A DNA stretch of 64,000 nucleotides, taken from Eledone cirrhosa (Eukaryota). The notes beneath the pieces were generated by a model that saw nothing but the letters and a program-made list of their open reading frames with translations, was not told the origin of the DNA and made no database searches. Positions 42,081-56,089 of the stretch are shown piece after piece. How positions within the stretch are numbered: the stretch's first letter is position 1; every line of letters begins with the position of its first letter. The stretch lies in contig OZ024753.1 in NCBI GenBank assembly GCA_964016885.1, forward strand, positions 4,774,001-4,838,000, read 5' to 3'. Made by a program: the position numbers and the translations under genes.

Positions 42081-42480
42081 GTCAAAACGTGTGAATAACT
42101 ACTATAGGTAACATTCTTCTTCCAGCTGATGAAAAGCAGTAAACTAAATTTTGTAAAACTCCAAAGTTATCTGTAAAATCTTTCCAATTAATTGCAAGAT
42201 TAGCACGTAAAATTGCTTACCACTTCAGAAAGGAGAACCTGTTTATTGTCAGAGTATGAGAATGCATGTGTGTGAGGGCGTTCATGTATGCGTCCGTGTC
42301 TGAGTGTAAAAGAGAGAAGAGAATTTCTGTTTTGTGTAGAGATATATCTTCAGGTGTAGATTATATCTAAATAATATATATGTGTGTGTGTGTGCGCGCG
42401 CGTTTATGTATGTGTGCGTGTGATTGTATTAGATTTTATATATATATACACACACACATATATATATATGTGTGCGTGTA

Positions 42481-42660
42481 AAAGGTAAAAAGAAATAACA
42501 ACACAATTACAATCGGTACCATATATGGAAGGTATATATTAGGTTAACGCTTGATATAGCAGGAAGAGGGTCGTAACGTTTCGGACGCTATTCATTCATC
42601 AGAAGAAAGAATGAGAAATAAAATAGATTGAGCGGACGGGCGAGATGGAATTGGAAAAAA
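42481..42660 (-). mobile_element. Penelope-like terminal repeat with degenerate HHR, inverted relative to the adjacent GIY-YIG fragment
   Basis: Homologous to 28098-28216; minus strand CTGATGAATGAATAGCGTCCGAAACGTTA. Confidence 0.7.
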
Positions 42661-42800
42661 TGTCTTTAGATAAAAATACCAGGTCCATTCATGTTAACAT
42701 CTCTTGCAAAACTTTGGCGCTGGCGTTTTGGGTATGATTTGTTTTTTAGAAAAGTGGATGATGGAGCGCGTCTACCTGAAATGGAAAAAAAAACAGACCC

Positions 42801-43436
42801 CTCTCACCTCACCCCCGCACTCCCAACACCCGTGTTCCTTTCCCTCTCACCTACCACCCCATCACCCTACCACTCCGGTGACATATCCTCCGTTCCTTCC
42901 GTATCCTTTCTTCTGACCCCTTCACTTCTCGCTTTTTTCCAAATCTACCCATTACTGCTTTTAAGCGTGCCCACAACCTCCGCGACCTCCTGGTTCGCAG
43001 TTCCTTTTCGTCCTCTCCCACGACTCCACCCGGCTCTCATCCTTGTTCCCGTTCCCGCTGCAACACTTTTCCCTTTATTTCCACCCTCACCACTCTTACA
43101 GGCCCTAACGGTTCTTTCCGTATCCGCCATTCCTTCACCTGCACATCCACCCACGTTGTCTATGCCCTCCAGTGTTCCCTGTGTGGGTCTTTATATATTG
43201 GACAAATGGGACGCCGTATGGCGGACCGCTTTGCCGAACATTTGAGGGACATCAGACTCGGTTTGGATACTCCTGTAGCCCGTCATTTCTGTTCTCTTGG
43301 TCATTCTTCACTACATGTTTCAATCCTGGGTGTCCTTTTACATCATGGATCACATGCCTCGCGCACCAGGACTGAACAAATTCTGATTCACCGCGTTGGG
43401 TCCTATTCCCCTCTTGGACTCAACTCACCTCCCTAA
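42801..43436 (+). pseudogene. Penelope-like element ORF 3' end: linker plus GIY-YIG endonuclease
   Basis: One frame reads RVPFPLTYHP..(TGA at 42879)..AFKRAHNLRDLLVRS..PCSRSRCNT..FTCTSTHVVYALQCSLCGSLYIGQMGRRMADRFAEH..PVARHF..EQILIHRVGSYSPLGLN*. Confidence 0.9.
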
Positions 43437-43653
43437 TTTCTCTAATATCCCGTCCATTATCACACCCCTAGATTCCTATCGCGTTCTCTTGATCATTAGC
43501 AGCTTCTCTTACAACTAATACATGCCGATACACACCCTATATTAACATACTTTTGCTCATAGCTTCGTACTTACATGCACACACACTCTTTTACTCACAT
43601 ATACACACACATTTCTTCTTAGCTTCGTACGAAACTATAATAACACACACGCG

Positions 43654-43742
<89 letters not shown>

Positions 43743-44339
43743 ACACACACACACACACACACATACTCAGAGACACGCACAAACATATGCTTACGCACGT
43801 GTTCAAGTATAGCTCTTTTTACAAAACGTTTTTTTTTCCATTTCAGGTAGACGCGCTCATATATATACAATTGCACGAAAACCTAGGTACAGCTGCCTGG
43901 CATTCTCACATTCTACTGAGGGAGCTATGCTATCACAGGTTAAAACAGTTTTTGCGAGACTCTCGTATGTTTATTATGCATACACATTTTGTATGTGTTT
44001 TCTATATACCCCTCCTATACTGTATACTTATGTAGTTAAAATTTTATAATAGCTGTTCGGTAATGAGTATAATCGGTATAATGAGGAGAACTGTCAGAGA
44101 GTTATCGGATACAAGGACATCTTTTGCAGTCTTTATTCAGTCTCCTTATTTTCTCAACGTTATGGGTTTGATTAAATAAAGCACAGCTCTTATGCAATGG
44201 AATCTCGACAACGTTATGATGCCGGACAAGATGCCAAGCATTTGTTATGCCTTTTGCACTCTGGGTTTAATCCCGCTGGTGTCTGCACGCATAGCTGTAT
44301 TCATTTATTGTTCGGTTTAACAGAAACACTTGGGTGGGT

Positions 44340-44548
44340 TTAGCAAACGCCTATCTAGCCTTGCCTCATCCCATCCGCATATCTGTGGATCGGGGGCCAT
44401 TCCTTAATATTATCTGTCTATCTCTTTTTCTGCCGTCCCTTGGCCCTTTTCCCCTCTATTCGTCCCTCGAGGATGAGAGTAGTCACATTTTGAGCCCCGA
44501 TGACATGACCAAAATACTGAAGTTTCCTCTTCCTTACTAGCAGACTCC
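44340..44548 (-). pseudogene. RTE-clade LINE C-terminal fragment
   Basis: RKRKLQYFGHVIG..LILEGRIEGKRAKGRQKKR*TDNIKEW is the typical RTE C-terminal motif. Confidence 0.85.
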
Positions 44549-45292
44549 ATTCTGTGCAAATATTTAAAGAAGGATTTTGTTTGTGAATGCTTTTCTCCTT
44601 TCGCCAGTCTAGAACACCCTTACAAGTGGCATAGTTGCAGCTTTTTTTTCTAGTTAAACGGACAAGAAATATGAATACATAAATGCGTCTTGAATAGGTT
44701 GTAAACTAATAAGATATGCTTGTATTTGGAAGACGTGAATAAACAACATAAGAGAGATAAGAAATCAAAAGATATAATGAAACATGACAGCCTTATATCT
44801 ACATAAACAGAGGTTAACCTACACATACTCGCGCGCGCACACACACACGCAAACATACATACACACATATACACACATTAATTCGCAATATTGGACTTTT
44901 AATATTTACATAGCATCAATGAGTATTGATTAACGATAACGGACAAAGCATCTGATTGCATAGGTACGATAGCTATTAGATATATTATAGATTGCATCAA
45001 TTAAGAAGGCCAATGATAATTCTTATAGGTTAATTCTTTTGTGAATTCTGCTATTATGAATTATGGCATTAATGCTTTAAGTTTGATCTAGGTTAGAAGT
45101 CATAACATGTGTGACCAAGAGAAGCCATCATCTTACTGATAACTACAGAACTGCCACTTACCGTTGAGGTGAATAACTACTGTGTTTTTATAATAGGGTT
45201 GATTATATTATTAGATATTATGCAGAGATAGTTTGATAAACAGCACGAGATTCCTGATATGTTATATATAATTATATATGTATGTATTTATA

Positions 45293-45399
<107 letters not shown>

Positions 45400-45686
45400 G
45401 TATCACGCATGTATACACGTATATAGAGAGAGAATGAAAGAGAAAGAGTGTGTGCCTCTTTACATATGTAGCTATACGTCGACATACATATAAATATTTG
45501 AATGTGCCTGTAGATTCTTTTGTATGTATATTTCAATTATAGACGTTAAATATATGGAAATCTATTCTAACTGTTTTGTAAGCATTTATAATATGTATAC
45601 ATGGTTATATCTATGTGTATGTGCAAGTATGTTTTTTCTTGGGGAAAATATATAATGATTTGAAACTAGGTGATTACATATATATG

Positions 45687-45720
<34 letters not shown>

Positions 45721-46057
45721 ACTGCAACTCGGTTTCGAGAATTTGCTATCCCTTAATCTTTATCTCATACATGGGTCGCACGAGCGTGATTTTTAGCACT
45801 GCCAAGGGCTTTAATTCTTTTTGCATATCCTGCAGAAAAATGGAGAAAGCAGTGCTGACGCAACACACGTGAAAGTCGTGTAGATCAAGTGATACCTGTG
45901 CATGAAGTTTCACATATTTATATATTTGCTTGAATATGTATACCAACAAATATATAAATACGAAGCTTTACTGCCACTTTAACTCCGGGATCCATCTCAC
46001 CTGTGACAGCGCCCGCAGCAGCTACGAACCGCGTAACTATAGTTACACACTTAACAA

Positions 46058-46125
<68 letters not shown>

Positions 46126-46800
46126 CTATTTATATAACTATTTATATATATTTATATAAATATTTAGTAGTAATAATGTGTTAATGTGTATATCTTTAGT
46201 ACAATCGATTACGAAAGAATTGAGTAGAGATAAAATATAACTCAGATTTAGAACAATAATATATACACTTTAATACGAAATACAGCTAATATGACACGAT
46301 ATTAGAATATATATTATCTATACAGATAGGTTTTGATTATCCCTGCATTTTACTTGGATAGTTGATCTCATCATAAACAAATGTACCCATACTAAGCATT
46401 AAAGAGTAATGTTGCCCTCTTGTGGTTTTTTCGGTTACTTACAACAACAAACTCAATTACTGGTAACAGTAACGTATTTAGAATAAAGACACCTCAGATT
46501 TATCTATGTTTCATAATATAATAGCATGTAATACAGAATATTAGTAACTGGAAACAAAAGAGTTGATGTCACACAGTGTTGGAAACATCTCTTTCATGTA
46601 TCGTTTTCAAATGTTCTGCATTAATTCGAATTGTCTTACTAACAAAATCTAGTAAGAAAACTAAATCTAAAAAATGATGGGAAATATATACTATGATAAT
46701 ATATTTTGATAATATTTTTATAGTAGAAGACACTTACTTAAAATGCCACGTTGTGATACGGAATCTGAAACCAGGGGCTTTTTTCCTGTGGCCCCTCGTA

Positions 46801-46842
<42 letters not shown>

Positions 46843-47098
46843 TTCTAGTTTATTTTACACCTAATTCTGTTTAGTTGACTGTATATCTGGTCGATTTACA
46901 CATGCTGTAGAAATGTTCGATAATAAATACTCCGTCGTAACCACCGCGAAGGGGCTGCTTTCGGTTATTTGTCGGAGATTTCTTCATAGGAGCCTTTATT
47001 CTTATAGCTTGGTCTAATTAATTTTTATATGGTTAATTATGCTAATTGGGAGAGGAAACGGTATATATTTTATCTAGTGATACTATAGACATGTTTTA

Positions 47099-47269
<171 letters not shown>

Positions 47270-47875
47270 TATATATGTGTATATGTATATATTACATATA
47301 TACATGTAGATATATATATATATATATATATGGGGCCACAGGAAAAATCCAAAAAAAACAAACAAGCCTACCTAGAGTATTTTCTTGAGAAGAATATATT
47401 GGATTGTTTTCCTCTTCTCTTTTCTAGATCAGTATGAAGCCTGACATTGCTCAAGGATATATCACGTATTCCTTAATAGCCATGTGAATCGAAGAACATA
47501 AATAAAATATATTGCCAATAAAATTATATATATCCCCCTATTGGATTCAGGAATGAATACAAAAATCAAAGTAGACCAATATATATTTTATATTTAACCA
47601 TTTTGCCACAGCAGTTGAACTTTATTGCAATAGAACATAGTTATTCACATGTCTCAGCAATATAGATTCATTTGATAGGAATCATGAGTTCACACGAAGA
47701 CAGCCCAAAAAAAGGAGAACTTTGGAAGTGGCAAATCACATAAGATTTAGTTGTAAAAATTTCAACTTACAAGATAGAATGTTGTGTTAACTTATATTTA
47801 ATAAAAATGAAAATTGTCAGTTGATATATATCATTTTCTTATATGAGAAATAGTTTTTAATTCCTCCATTACGAA

Positions 47876-47968
<93 letters not shown>

Positions 47969-48298
47969 CTATCTCTCTCTCTCACACACACACAGACACA
48001 CACACATACACACATACACACATACACACATACACATTAGCACAAACACACACATACATTATCTTTCTTTTACTTTCTCTCCCGCTGCACACACCTATGT
48101 ATATATATATTCTATACGTGTGTGTGTGTGTGTATTTGTGTGCGTGCATTTGCGTGTTTAAATTATATCATTATATACATATATATATATATATATATAC
48201 GCATGTGTGTGTTTTTGTGTGTGCATTGGCGAGCTTAAACTATATTGTGATATATGTACATATATATAAATATATACACACACACACGCACGCACGCA

Positions 48299-48430
<132 letters not shown>

Positions 48431-49454
48431 GTGTATGTGTGTGTCTATGTGGATGGGTGCATTCATGTAAATTTTAATAATTGCAGCAAATCAGGAACAT
48501 AGAAATAAATAACTAGTCATTTATTTTTCTGTTGATATTTAGATATTTTAATAAATTTTATTACGCTTTATCAGAACATGCTAAACTCAACGTCTTGACA
48601 ATTACAACTACAAGCAGAAGATAAATTATTTCCTGAGGTGTCAGAATACTTGAATGCATCCTTACGTACATAGAGATTTTGTGTTAAGACATTGGCAAAT
48701 CAATTTTGTTTTTGTTTTTTATAAAAATAGTTTACTTCAAAAATAAGAATTTATTATGGTACATTCACGTGTATTATATACGTCTATACAGAACAATGAC
48801 AAAATTTCAAGTAGAATTATTAAAGTAGCTAAAGAAAGCGATTATGAAATGATGCCAGGAAATTTATATTATAATATAATCTGAAAAGGCAATTAAAATC
48901 TTAATTGCCTTTAATTTGCAACTAGTGGGTGTATGGAATAGTTAGAATGTTTAAATATCGTTGCCTTCAAAACTGACATGGATTATAAAGACTTCCAAAC
49001 ACAAACTACATAAGATTCAATATCGATAAAGCATTTGTAATCACACTTAACACAGAGAGAATTTTCTCCCGATATATAGGCTATCAATAAAACGTAATCT
49101 CCAGAAAAGGAAAGGCATGACTAATTGATGTTCATTGATAAAGAGGTATAGCGCCCATTGAAACCAGATTCAATAAATACGTATATAACTTTTAGCGAAA
49201 ATCGACAGCCAACTTACCTTATCTTTATCTATTCCCGTTATATCAAATAAGGTGTAATTTAATATCCGCAACATCAAGCAAAACCATCTGTATCGACTAG
49301 AATTCTTCTGGAAAAATTTTGGCTATGAGAGGAATAATTTTGACGCCAGAAACATACCCGTTATATCTTCAAGGACCAATATCAGTTTGCTGGAATGCGA
49401 AAAAGATAAAATGGGTTATTCTCAAATACGATATTTTCTATACAGTATAACTAA

Positions 49455-49508
<54 letters not shown>

Positions 49509-51372
49509 TATATACAATAGCATCCCATAATTTGGGCTCCAGGCTGTATTCAGTTGCAAGGAAATACATTTGTTATTTGAATGTCTTGAAATAAATTGAA
49601 TCTCATAAGAACCACTTGGGTTGACGAGGTCTTAAAGAAAATTCTATATATCCCAGTATTGTGTAATTTGCAGTAATAACACTCATGTTATAGATATGTT
49701 TAGAAGGCGATGAAGTTTCAATGTCAGAAAGTATTTCCTGGGTTAAAAACCTGTCCAAAGACATACGTGCATTCGCCAAAAGCCTTGTAAAACAAGATTA
49801 ACTCATCATATACTGAAAGGTTTATCATTGCATAATCACATCATCCATAGATAGAGAAACTACACATCTACTTATATATCCATTCTGTAATCCATGGATT
49901 ACATGGGCATGTAAAGGCAAGAACTAGTGCCAAAGAGATTTTTATTTTCAGGGGACCTTAAACAAACGATATCCCACAATTTGATATAACCCTTTAGCTT
50001 CTGCAACCTACATTTGTATAGTTGGAAAGTAACAACACTGGCAATTCCCAAGTGTAGCCTTTGCATTAAGAGCATAGAGATTTAAGTATCGTCTATCTTG
50101 CATAAACGATGAATTATTTTCAAACCGAAACTATATATTTATGTATAAATTTGAAATATAAAAAAGGTGCATAAAGCAAAAAAGTGTGATACAGTTTATC
50201 AGATTGTGTAACTACTGTGAAAATTGGATTCGTCTGATACTCCTTTAAAGGAAACTGAAATTTTGAATATTTTAGCATCAGCTTCTGCAACGAAAGTACA
50301 ATTGTTTATATATGATACCGAACCTGACGATGAGAAATCTCATTTTATAGAATACGGGCTTTTTATTTATATTATTTCTAAATAGATAGATAGAAAGATT
50401 ATTTCATGATCGTTTCAATAAAAGAAAGTAATATTTATGGTTAACCTTTCGAAAGCTATTGCTGAATATTTTTATTGAATCTAAGCCACGTTGTGAAACA
50501 TTAATAATAGTAAAACAGAAAGAAAATAAATCCTACATTTTATAGCAATGAAGAAAGCAATCCTTCCTCTGATATTTTATTCAGAAATGGATTGGAATTA
50601 TTTCTAATGTTATTTCCCCACATTTTACCGCTCATATCATACAAGATACTGTCATAACGTTTACATCAGATAGGGTTTTCTTAATGTGTATTAAGTTTTA
50701 ATGGAAATTATTGTATGAACTCTATTGAAATGTGTCAGTTCAAACTAAATACAAATCACAGTGTGTCCGCGAATATGTGTGCATGCGTGTAACGAAGGGT
50801 GCATTTCTGGAAATACATATGTAGATGCGTTACATCAATTACATTTTACACTCTGATAAGTGTTGAATCAATTACGCACATCGAATCAATAACTTCTAGT
50901 TTGGAAAAATAAAACAAAATTACATAAAGTCTTTGAAACTCTTCAAAAAGACAAATGATATTTATCAAGTCTTAAAAGCAAGCGCTACTACTTCAGACGG
51001 CAGTGATATCGACAGTTCTAATCTCTTGAGTTTTATCAACGACCTAAACTTTCTACTCATTAATGTTATAGCTGCTACGATCGCACCTGAATGTGTTAGT
51101 TTCCTTGCATTTTACTGGAGAGCACTTAGAGGAATGTTACTGGTGTAGAACCAGAACTATTTGGGGGAGATTATATGCAGCTCCAATAATGTTTTCAAAT
51201 AGCGATTGAGAATTTTCCTTATGCTATCTTCACAGGAGATGAATATTGTACTTGTAAAAATAACAACATATGGTCAAAAGAACATTATATCCTTATCGCA
51301 GTGTTAAAAGATGTATATACACTTTGATATAATATTTTCATGCCAAGTACACATCAATATTTTAAATAGAAA

Positions 51373-51535
51373 GGCAGTAGATTGGCAGAATTGATAGAAT
51401 GTCCGATAATATGCTTTGCGGTATTTGTTATGGCACCCTAAATTCTGAGTTCAAATGCTTCAGAAGTCAACTTGCTTTTCATCCTTCTGGGATCAATAAT
51501 ATAAAGCACCAGTCAAGAACTGGTGCTGATTCAAA
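51373..51535 (+). mobile_element. SINE family A, old copy
   Basis: GGCAGTAGATTGGCAGAATTG..TCTGAGTTCAAATGC..CTTTTCATCCTTCTGGGATCAATAA. Confidence 0.75.
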
Positions 51536-51607
51536 CAATATTTGTTGGATATATACTTGAATTAGAAGTCAATATTTTAGATAAAAATCAAACTGTTCCA
51601 GTGATGC

Positions 51608-51706
51608 CAGCTTCTCAAGATTTGTACTGAGGCAGTTACAATCATATCCCAGTGCCTCAATAATCACAGGTATCAATCTGAAGGTATAGTCGGGGTGGAG
51701 TATCTG
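51608..51706 (-). mobile_element. Inverted ~100-bp duplicate of part of the adjacent LINE (51932-52030)
   Basis: Reverse complement aligns with about 6 mismatches. Confidence 0.85.
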
Positions 51707-51734
51707 AACAGCAATGTGTAACACATACATATAC

Positions 51735-52366
51735 ATAATATGAAAGAGTACTGGTGGAATGTTCCAGTAAAAACCCCAATAAAATGCAGGCATAACAGAC
51801 AAGATATAATGGTATGGGACTGGGAAAAGAAGGCATGCGCAGTGGTGGAAGTTAGCTGCCCAGCAGATGCTGATATAATATTAAAGATTAGCGAAAAGGA
51901 GAATATCTATGCAGAACTAATGAGAAACCTACAGATACTCCATCCTGACTATACCTTCAGATTTATACCTGTGATTATTGGGGCACTGGGATATGTTAGT
52001 AACTGCCTCAGTACAAATCTTGAGAAGCTGAGTTTCACAGAAACAGAAAGAATGCGACTAGTTAGAAAATTACAAATACAATCCATTAATGGAACAGTAA
52101 CAATATATAAAACATTCTCAAAATTCTGCATCTAATAATTCCATGTACACATGTACAGGTACAAAGTATATACAGATGCATACTCAAAACATACACATTC
52201 ACACATACAATAACATACAAACCTGCACACACATGCATGGAGACATGCATACATATCTACTTAGTTGATGCTGTGTAAATTCCATTGAGAGAGTCTTGTA
52301 TCTATGTTAGAAACTGACTCTCTCTCTATTGGTAAAAGTTTGTGAAATTATAAAACCAGAAGAACA
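51735..52366 (+). mobile_element. 5'-truncated RLE non-LTR retrotransposon (R4/Dong-like): endonuclease domain (ORF 51740-52135) plus 3' UTR, ending in (CATA)n
   Basis: YWWNVPVKT..HNRQDI..VVEVSCPAD..SEKENIY..IPVIIGALG is a PD-(D/E)xK RLE domain (RPD changed to RQD); 3' UTR has a GAGAGAGTC/GACTCTCTC stem. Confidence 0.9.
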
Positions 52367-52471
52367 TTCATACATACGTACATACATACATACATACATA
52401 CATACATACATACATACATACATACATACATACATACATACATACATACATACATACATACATACATACAT
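52367..52471. repeat. (CATA)n tetranucleotide array abutting the LINE 3' end
   Basis: Direct read. Confidence 0.95.
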
Positions 52472-52791
52472 AGAAATACAGAGCGATGACTGAATGATAC
52501 ACTCCTAAACATCTTTCTAAACATATGACTTTCAGAGATAGCGATATTTTGGGTTTGCTTATATTATTTGTGTATTAGTTTTCATTTCGTTCAATTAATA
52601 TAATGGAACGCTTGTTTTAACTGAGGTCAACGAAGATGATGTCTCAAAGATATTTACGTGTATGTTCAAATTCCTTCACTTTATATACATCAAATGTTGT
52701 CAACAACTGTAAAAGGGAAATTGATTATAAATAAGATTAAATAATATATAGTATGTATAAATATATCTAAATATGTTTGTGTATACATATG

Positions 52792-52866
<75 letters not shown>

Positions 52867-52909
52867 TCATAAGTATATATATGCATATATATATGCATAT
52901 ATATATATA

Positions 52910-52968
<59 letters not shown>

Positions 52969-53148
52969 ATACATGTGTACATGCACACATATATACATAT
53001 ATGTATATATAAATGTATATATACAGAGAAAAGTATATATATTTGTGTATGTGTATGTATACGTATATGTATGCGTATATATATATATATGTGTGTGTGT
53101 ATGTACATATGTATATGCATATATATATATGTATATATATATTGTAAA

Positions 53149-53232
<84 letters not shown>

Positions 53233-53258
53233 ATATATATACATCTATATATATATGC

Positions 53259-53326
<68 letters not shown>

Positions 53327-53699
53327 ATATATATATATATATATATGTACATATGTGTGTGCGTGCATGTGTGTGTATGTACACAAATACTGCAAATGGT
53401 TTCTGGCAATAAAATACATCACATCCAATCGATATCTTAATGAAATAACTACATTACCAAACTTTCAGTAATATATCTATAATTTCTCTGAAAATCCTTT
53501 TGATATTCCGTACGAAGGTTTGTTAGAGTATATATCAATGAGTATATTATAAAAGCCAATCAATAAAAGGAAATAAACTCGAATCAAATATAATGGAGAA
53601 AATGAATTGTGAGGAACCTAATTTTAGTTATAATGCTATTATAGATTACACTGAATACGATTGATCCCATGCACATACTAATACTGCTGCTGCTGTTGT

Positions 53700-53731
53700 T
53701 ATTACTACTACTATTACTACTACTAACACTC

Positions 53732-53777
<46 letters not shown>

Positions 53778-53947
53778 GAAGAAGAAGAAGAAGAAGAAGA
53801 AGAAGAAGAAGAAGAAGAAGAAGAAGAAGAAGAAGAAGAAGAAGATGAAGAAGAAGAAGAAGAAGAAGAAGAAGAAGAAGAAGAAGAAGAAGAAGAAGAA
53901 GAAGAAGAAGAAGAAGAAGAAGAAGAAGAAGAAGAAGAAGAAGAAGA
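53700..53947. repeat. (TAC)n then (GAA)n compound array
   Basis: Direct read. Confidence 0.95.
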
Positions 53948-53960
53948 GTATTATTAGTAA

Positions 53961-54144
53961 TAATTGTTTCTACTTTAGGCACAAGGCTAGCAATTACCCA
54001 GTGCATTACTGGTACTTTATTTTATCGACCCCGTAAGGATGAAAGGCAAAGTCAACCTCGGCGGGATTTGAACTCAGATCGTAAAGGGGCGATGCTGGAA
54101 AGCATGGCGTCCGACCCTCTACCGATACTGCCAATCCACCGCCC
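53961..54144 (-). mobile_element. SINE family A, near full-length young copy
   Basis: Highly similar to 15491-15680 apart from a short deletion. Confidence 0.85.
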
Positions 54145-54387
54145 ATTAGTAATAATGGTTTCTAATTTTGTCATAAGGCCAGAATACTAGTCATAATAAT
54201 AATAACCATAACATCTACAAGCACAAAACGTTTACTTCCTTTGTTAGTTACAAGGCCAGTTAATGAAGTAAAAAAAAAGGATAGTCGTTTCTATGAGTAT
54301 AGTACTTACCATCCCTAGAGAGATGAAACGCATGGGCGCCTGACTCCGACAATAATTTAAAGAGAAGAAATTCATAATGTCATATAT

Positions 54388-54737
54388 TAGGATGGGTATT
54401 CCGTCGGTTTCGATGATTAGCATTCTCTCGTTCGTTCAAGTGGATGTCTGAGTCAAGAATTATCATGCAATTAGTTGAATTTTCCACGTATACCATTAAC
54501 GTAATTGTCAGGCAAAATGAGCTTGGCAAATTACGTAACAAGGTTTGAGCTCTCAATTACAGGTACAATCCATCCGAGAATCTTCCTAACATTGTCTGTG
54601 TATCTAATATTCCTAACAAGAGTTGGGTCAACCAAAGGCTATGGTCACGACACTTACTAAAGTTTCCACGTATTGGAACAAAACCAGGGACCTCATAATT
54701 GCGAAGTGAACTTCTTAACCACTCAACAATGCCTGCG
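54388..54737 (-). mobile_element. Old SINE sequence: tRNA/CORE-like head (54615-54737) and a second SINE-like body (54388-54570) related to 59785-59955
   Basis: Minus strand GCAGGCATTGTTGAGTGGTTAAGAAG head; shared CGGTTTCG..TACC.TTAACG.A.TT.TCA segment with 59785-59955. Confidence 0.55.
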
Positions 54738-55599
54738 ACTATATGTGCCATAACTGGAGCATTTGTACTCCTGTTCGAACACATTTATTAGTACATAATT
54801 TAATGGATTTGGAAAGAATGAAAGGTAAAGTTGTCCACAGTAGTATGTGCCCTCTTAGATTAAGGTCCCGAAACGAATGCCACAATACGTTTTATCCATA
54901 TTATTTGCCTCTTTTTTAGTGTGTTTTTGGTTGCGAAATTTCCACTTTTTTTAAAGCGAGAGAATTAATCTTTTTTTTTCTCACACCTCTACAGGTAGAG
55001 AGAGACTGTTCTTCCTAACGAATCTCCCCCGAATTGACTATTTATCAAGGAAAAGATTCATATATGCAAATCTGATTTACTGTGAGAGCAAAAGTACTAT
55101 TGGGAGTAGACACACCAGAAGTGTTTTCATTTGCCGAAAAGTGTATGTATGTGTTATCAATATTTTCACGCGAAATTTTTGAAACTGGCATTTTTGGCTG
55201 TTAAATATAATGGTTTTCATTTTTTCCTGTTCAACATTAACATTCTGTTGTGCAATTAAAATACTTTTTCTGTTAGTGAAAGGTGTTATTTTGTTCATTC
55301 TCAGTTTTCATTGTTTTGCTTCGATTTTTATGTGTGTTTGTTTTGTTTTGTTTGGTGTTGATTTTGTTTTGTGTTTTGGTTTTTTGGTTTTTTGTTTAGC
55401 TCATTTTCTAATTATTGACAACGTGAGGAAACAAATGTTGCCTAAAAATAACTAACATTGTCTAAACCATGAATGAACAGACTCGGAATTTTCCGAAATA
55501 ATCTGTCTCCACTTTTCCTGTGGCAACCTGGTGCAACGTGTGACTAACCCCGGCTCTTCTGCACTGCGGATATAAGAAGGTAAATTCTCCAAATATTAA

Positions 55600-55830
55600 T
55601 CGTTCTCCGACAGGTTTGCGGTCGAGCCCGTGGCAGTGGAGATTTCTGGTGTCCTTGGCCGTAGGATCACATTCCGGCTCACCACTATCGGCACAGTCTT
55701 GGCTACCCTCAGGTGTGAGCCTCGTGAGCTGGAATGGCTCTTCCAATGCGTCTCCCTCACCATTCTCCGGGGAAACGTCATCTTTATTTTGTCCGCCCAG
55801 GCCGTGGGTGGCCAGCGCGTGGGCCCCTAT
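55600..55830 (+). pseudogene. CRE-like non-LTR retrotransposon RLE C-terminal fragment (second copy)
   Basis: SDRFAVEPVAVEISGVLG..IG..L..RCEPRELEWLFQCVSLTILRGNVIFILS. Confidence 0.78.
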
Positions 55831-56089
55831 TTGCTGCGTCCCTCAGGGAGAAATCTGCATGGAGTCGAAACGTCTGCAGCTGAAGCACGCTCTTCTCCAA
55901 ATATGGACTTCAATGGTCACTTGAACGAACGTAATCTTAACTCAAGCCCTCCAAGTAGAGCACCACGGTAAAGTAAAATATATTGTATCAAATGGACTCG
56001 AGGTGAGCATAAAAAGTGATATATGAATTCTATCACTCATTGGGAAAAACGCACAGGTAATACAAGCGGTTTATATCAGATGCAAAAAG

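Noticed and set aside
42126-42175. CTGATGA...AAAAC..GTTA
   Set aside because: G12 absent and stem II unconvincing
50325-50350. CTGACGA-tga-GAAA
   Set aside because: No room for stem II and no stem I
48600-50700. Higher-complexity AT-rich block, possible old DNA transposon
   Set aside because: No recognisable motif or TIR pair found by eye
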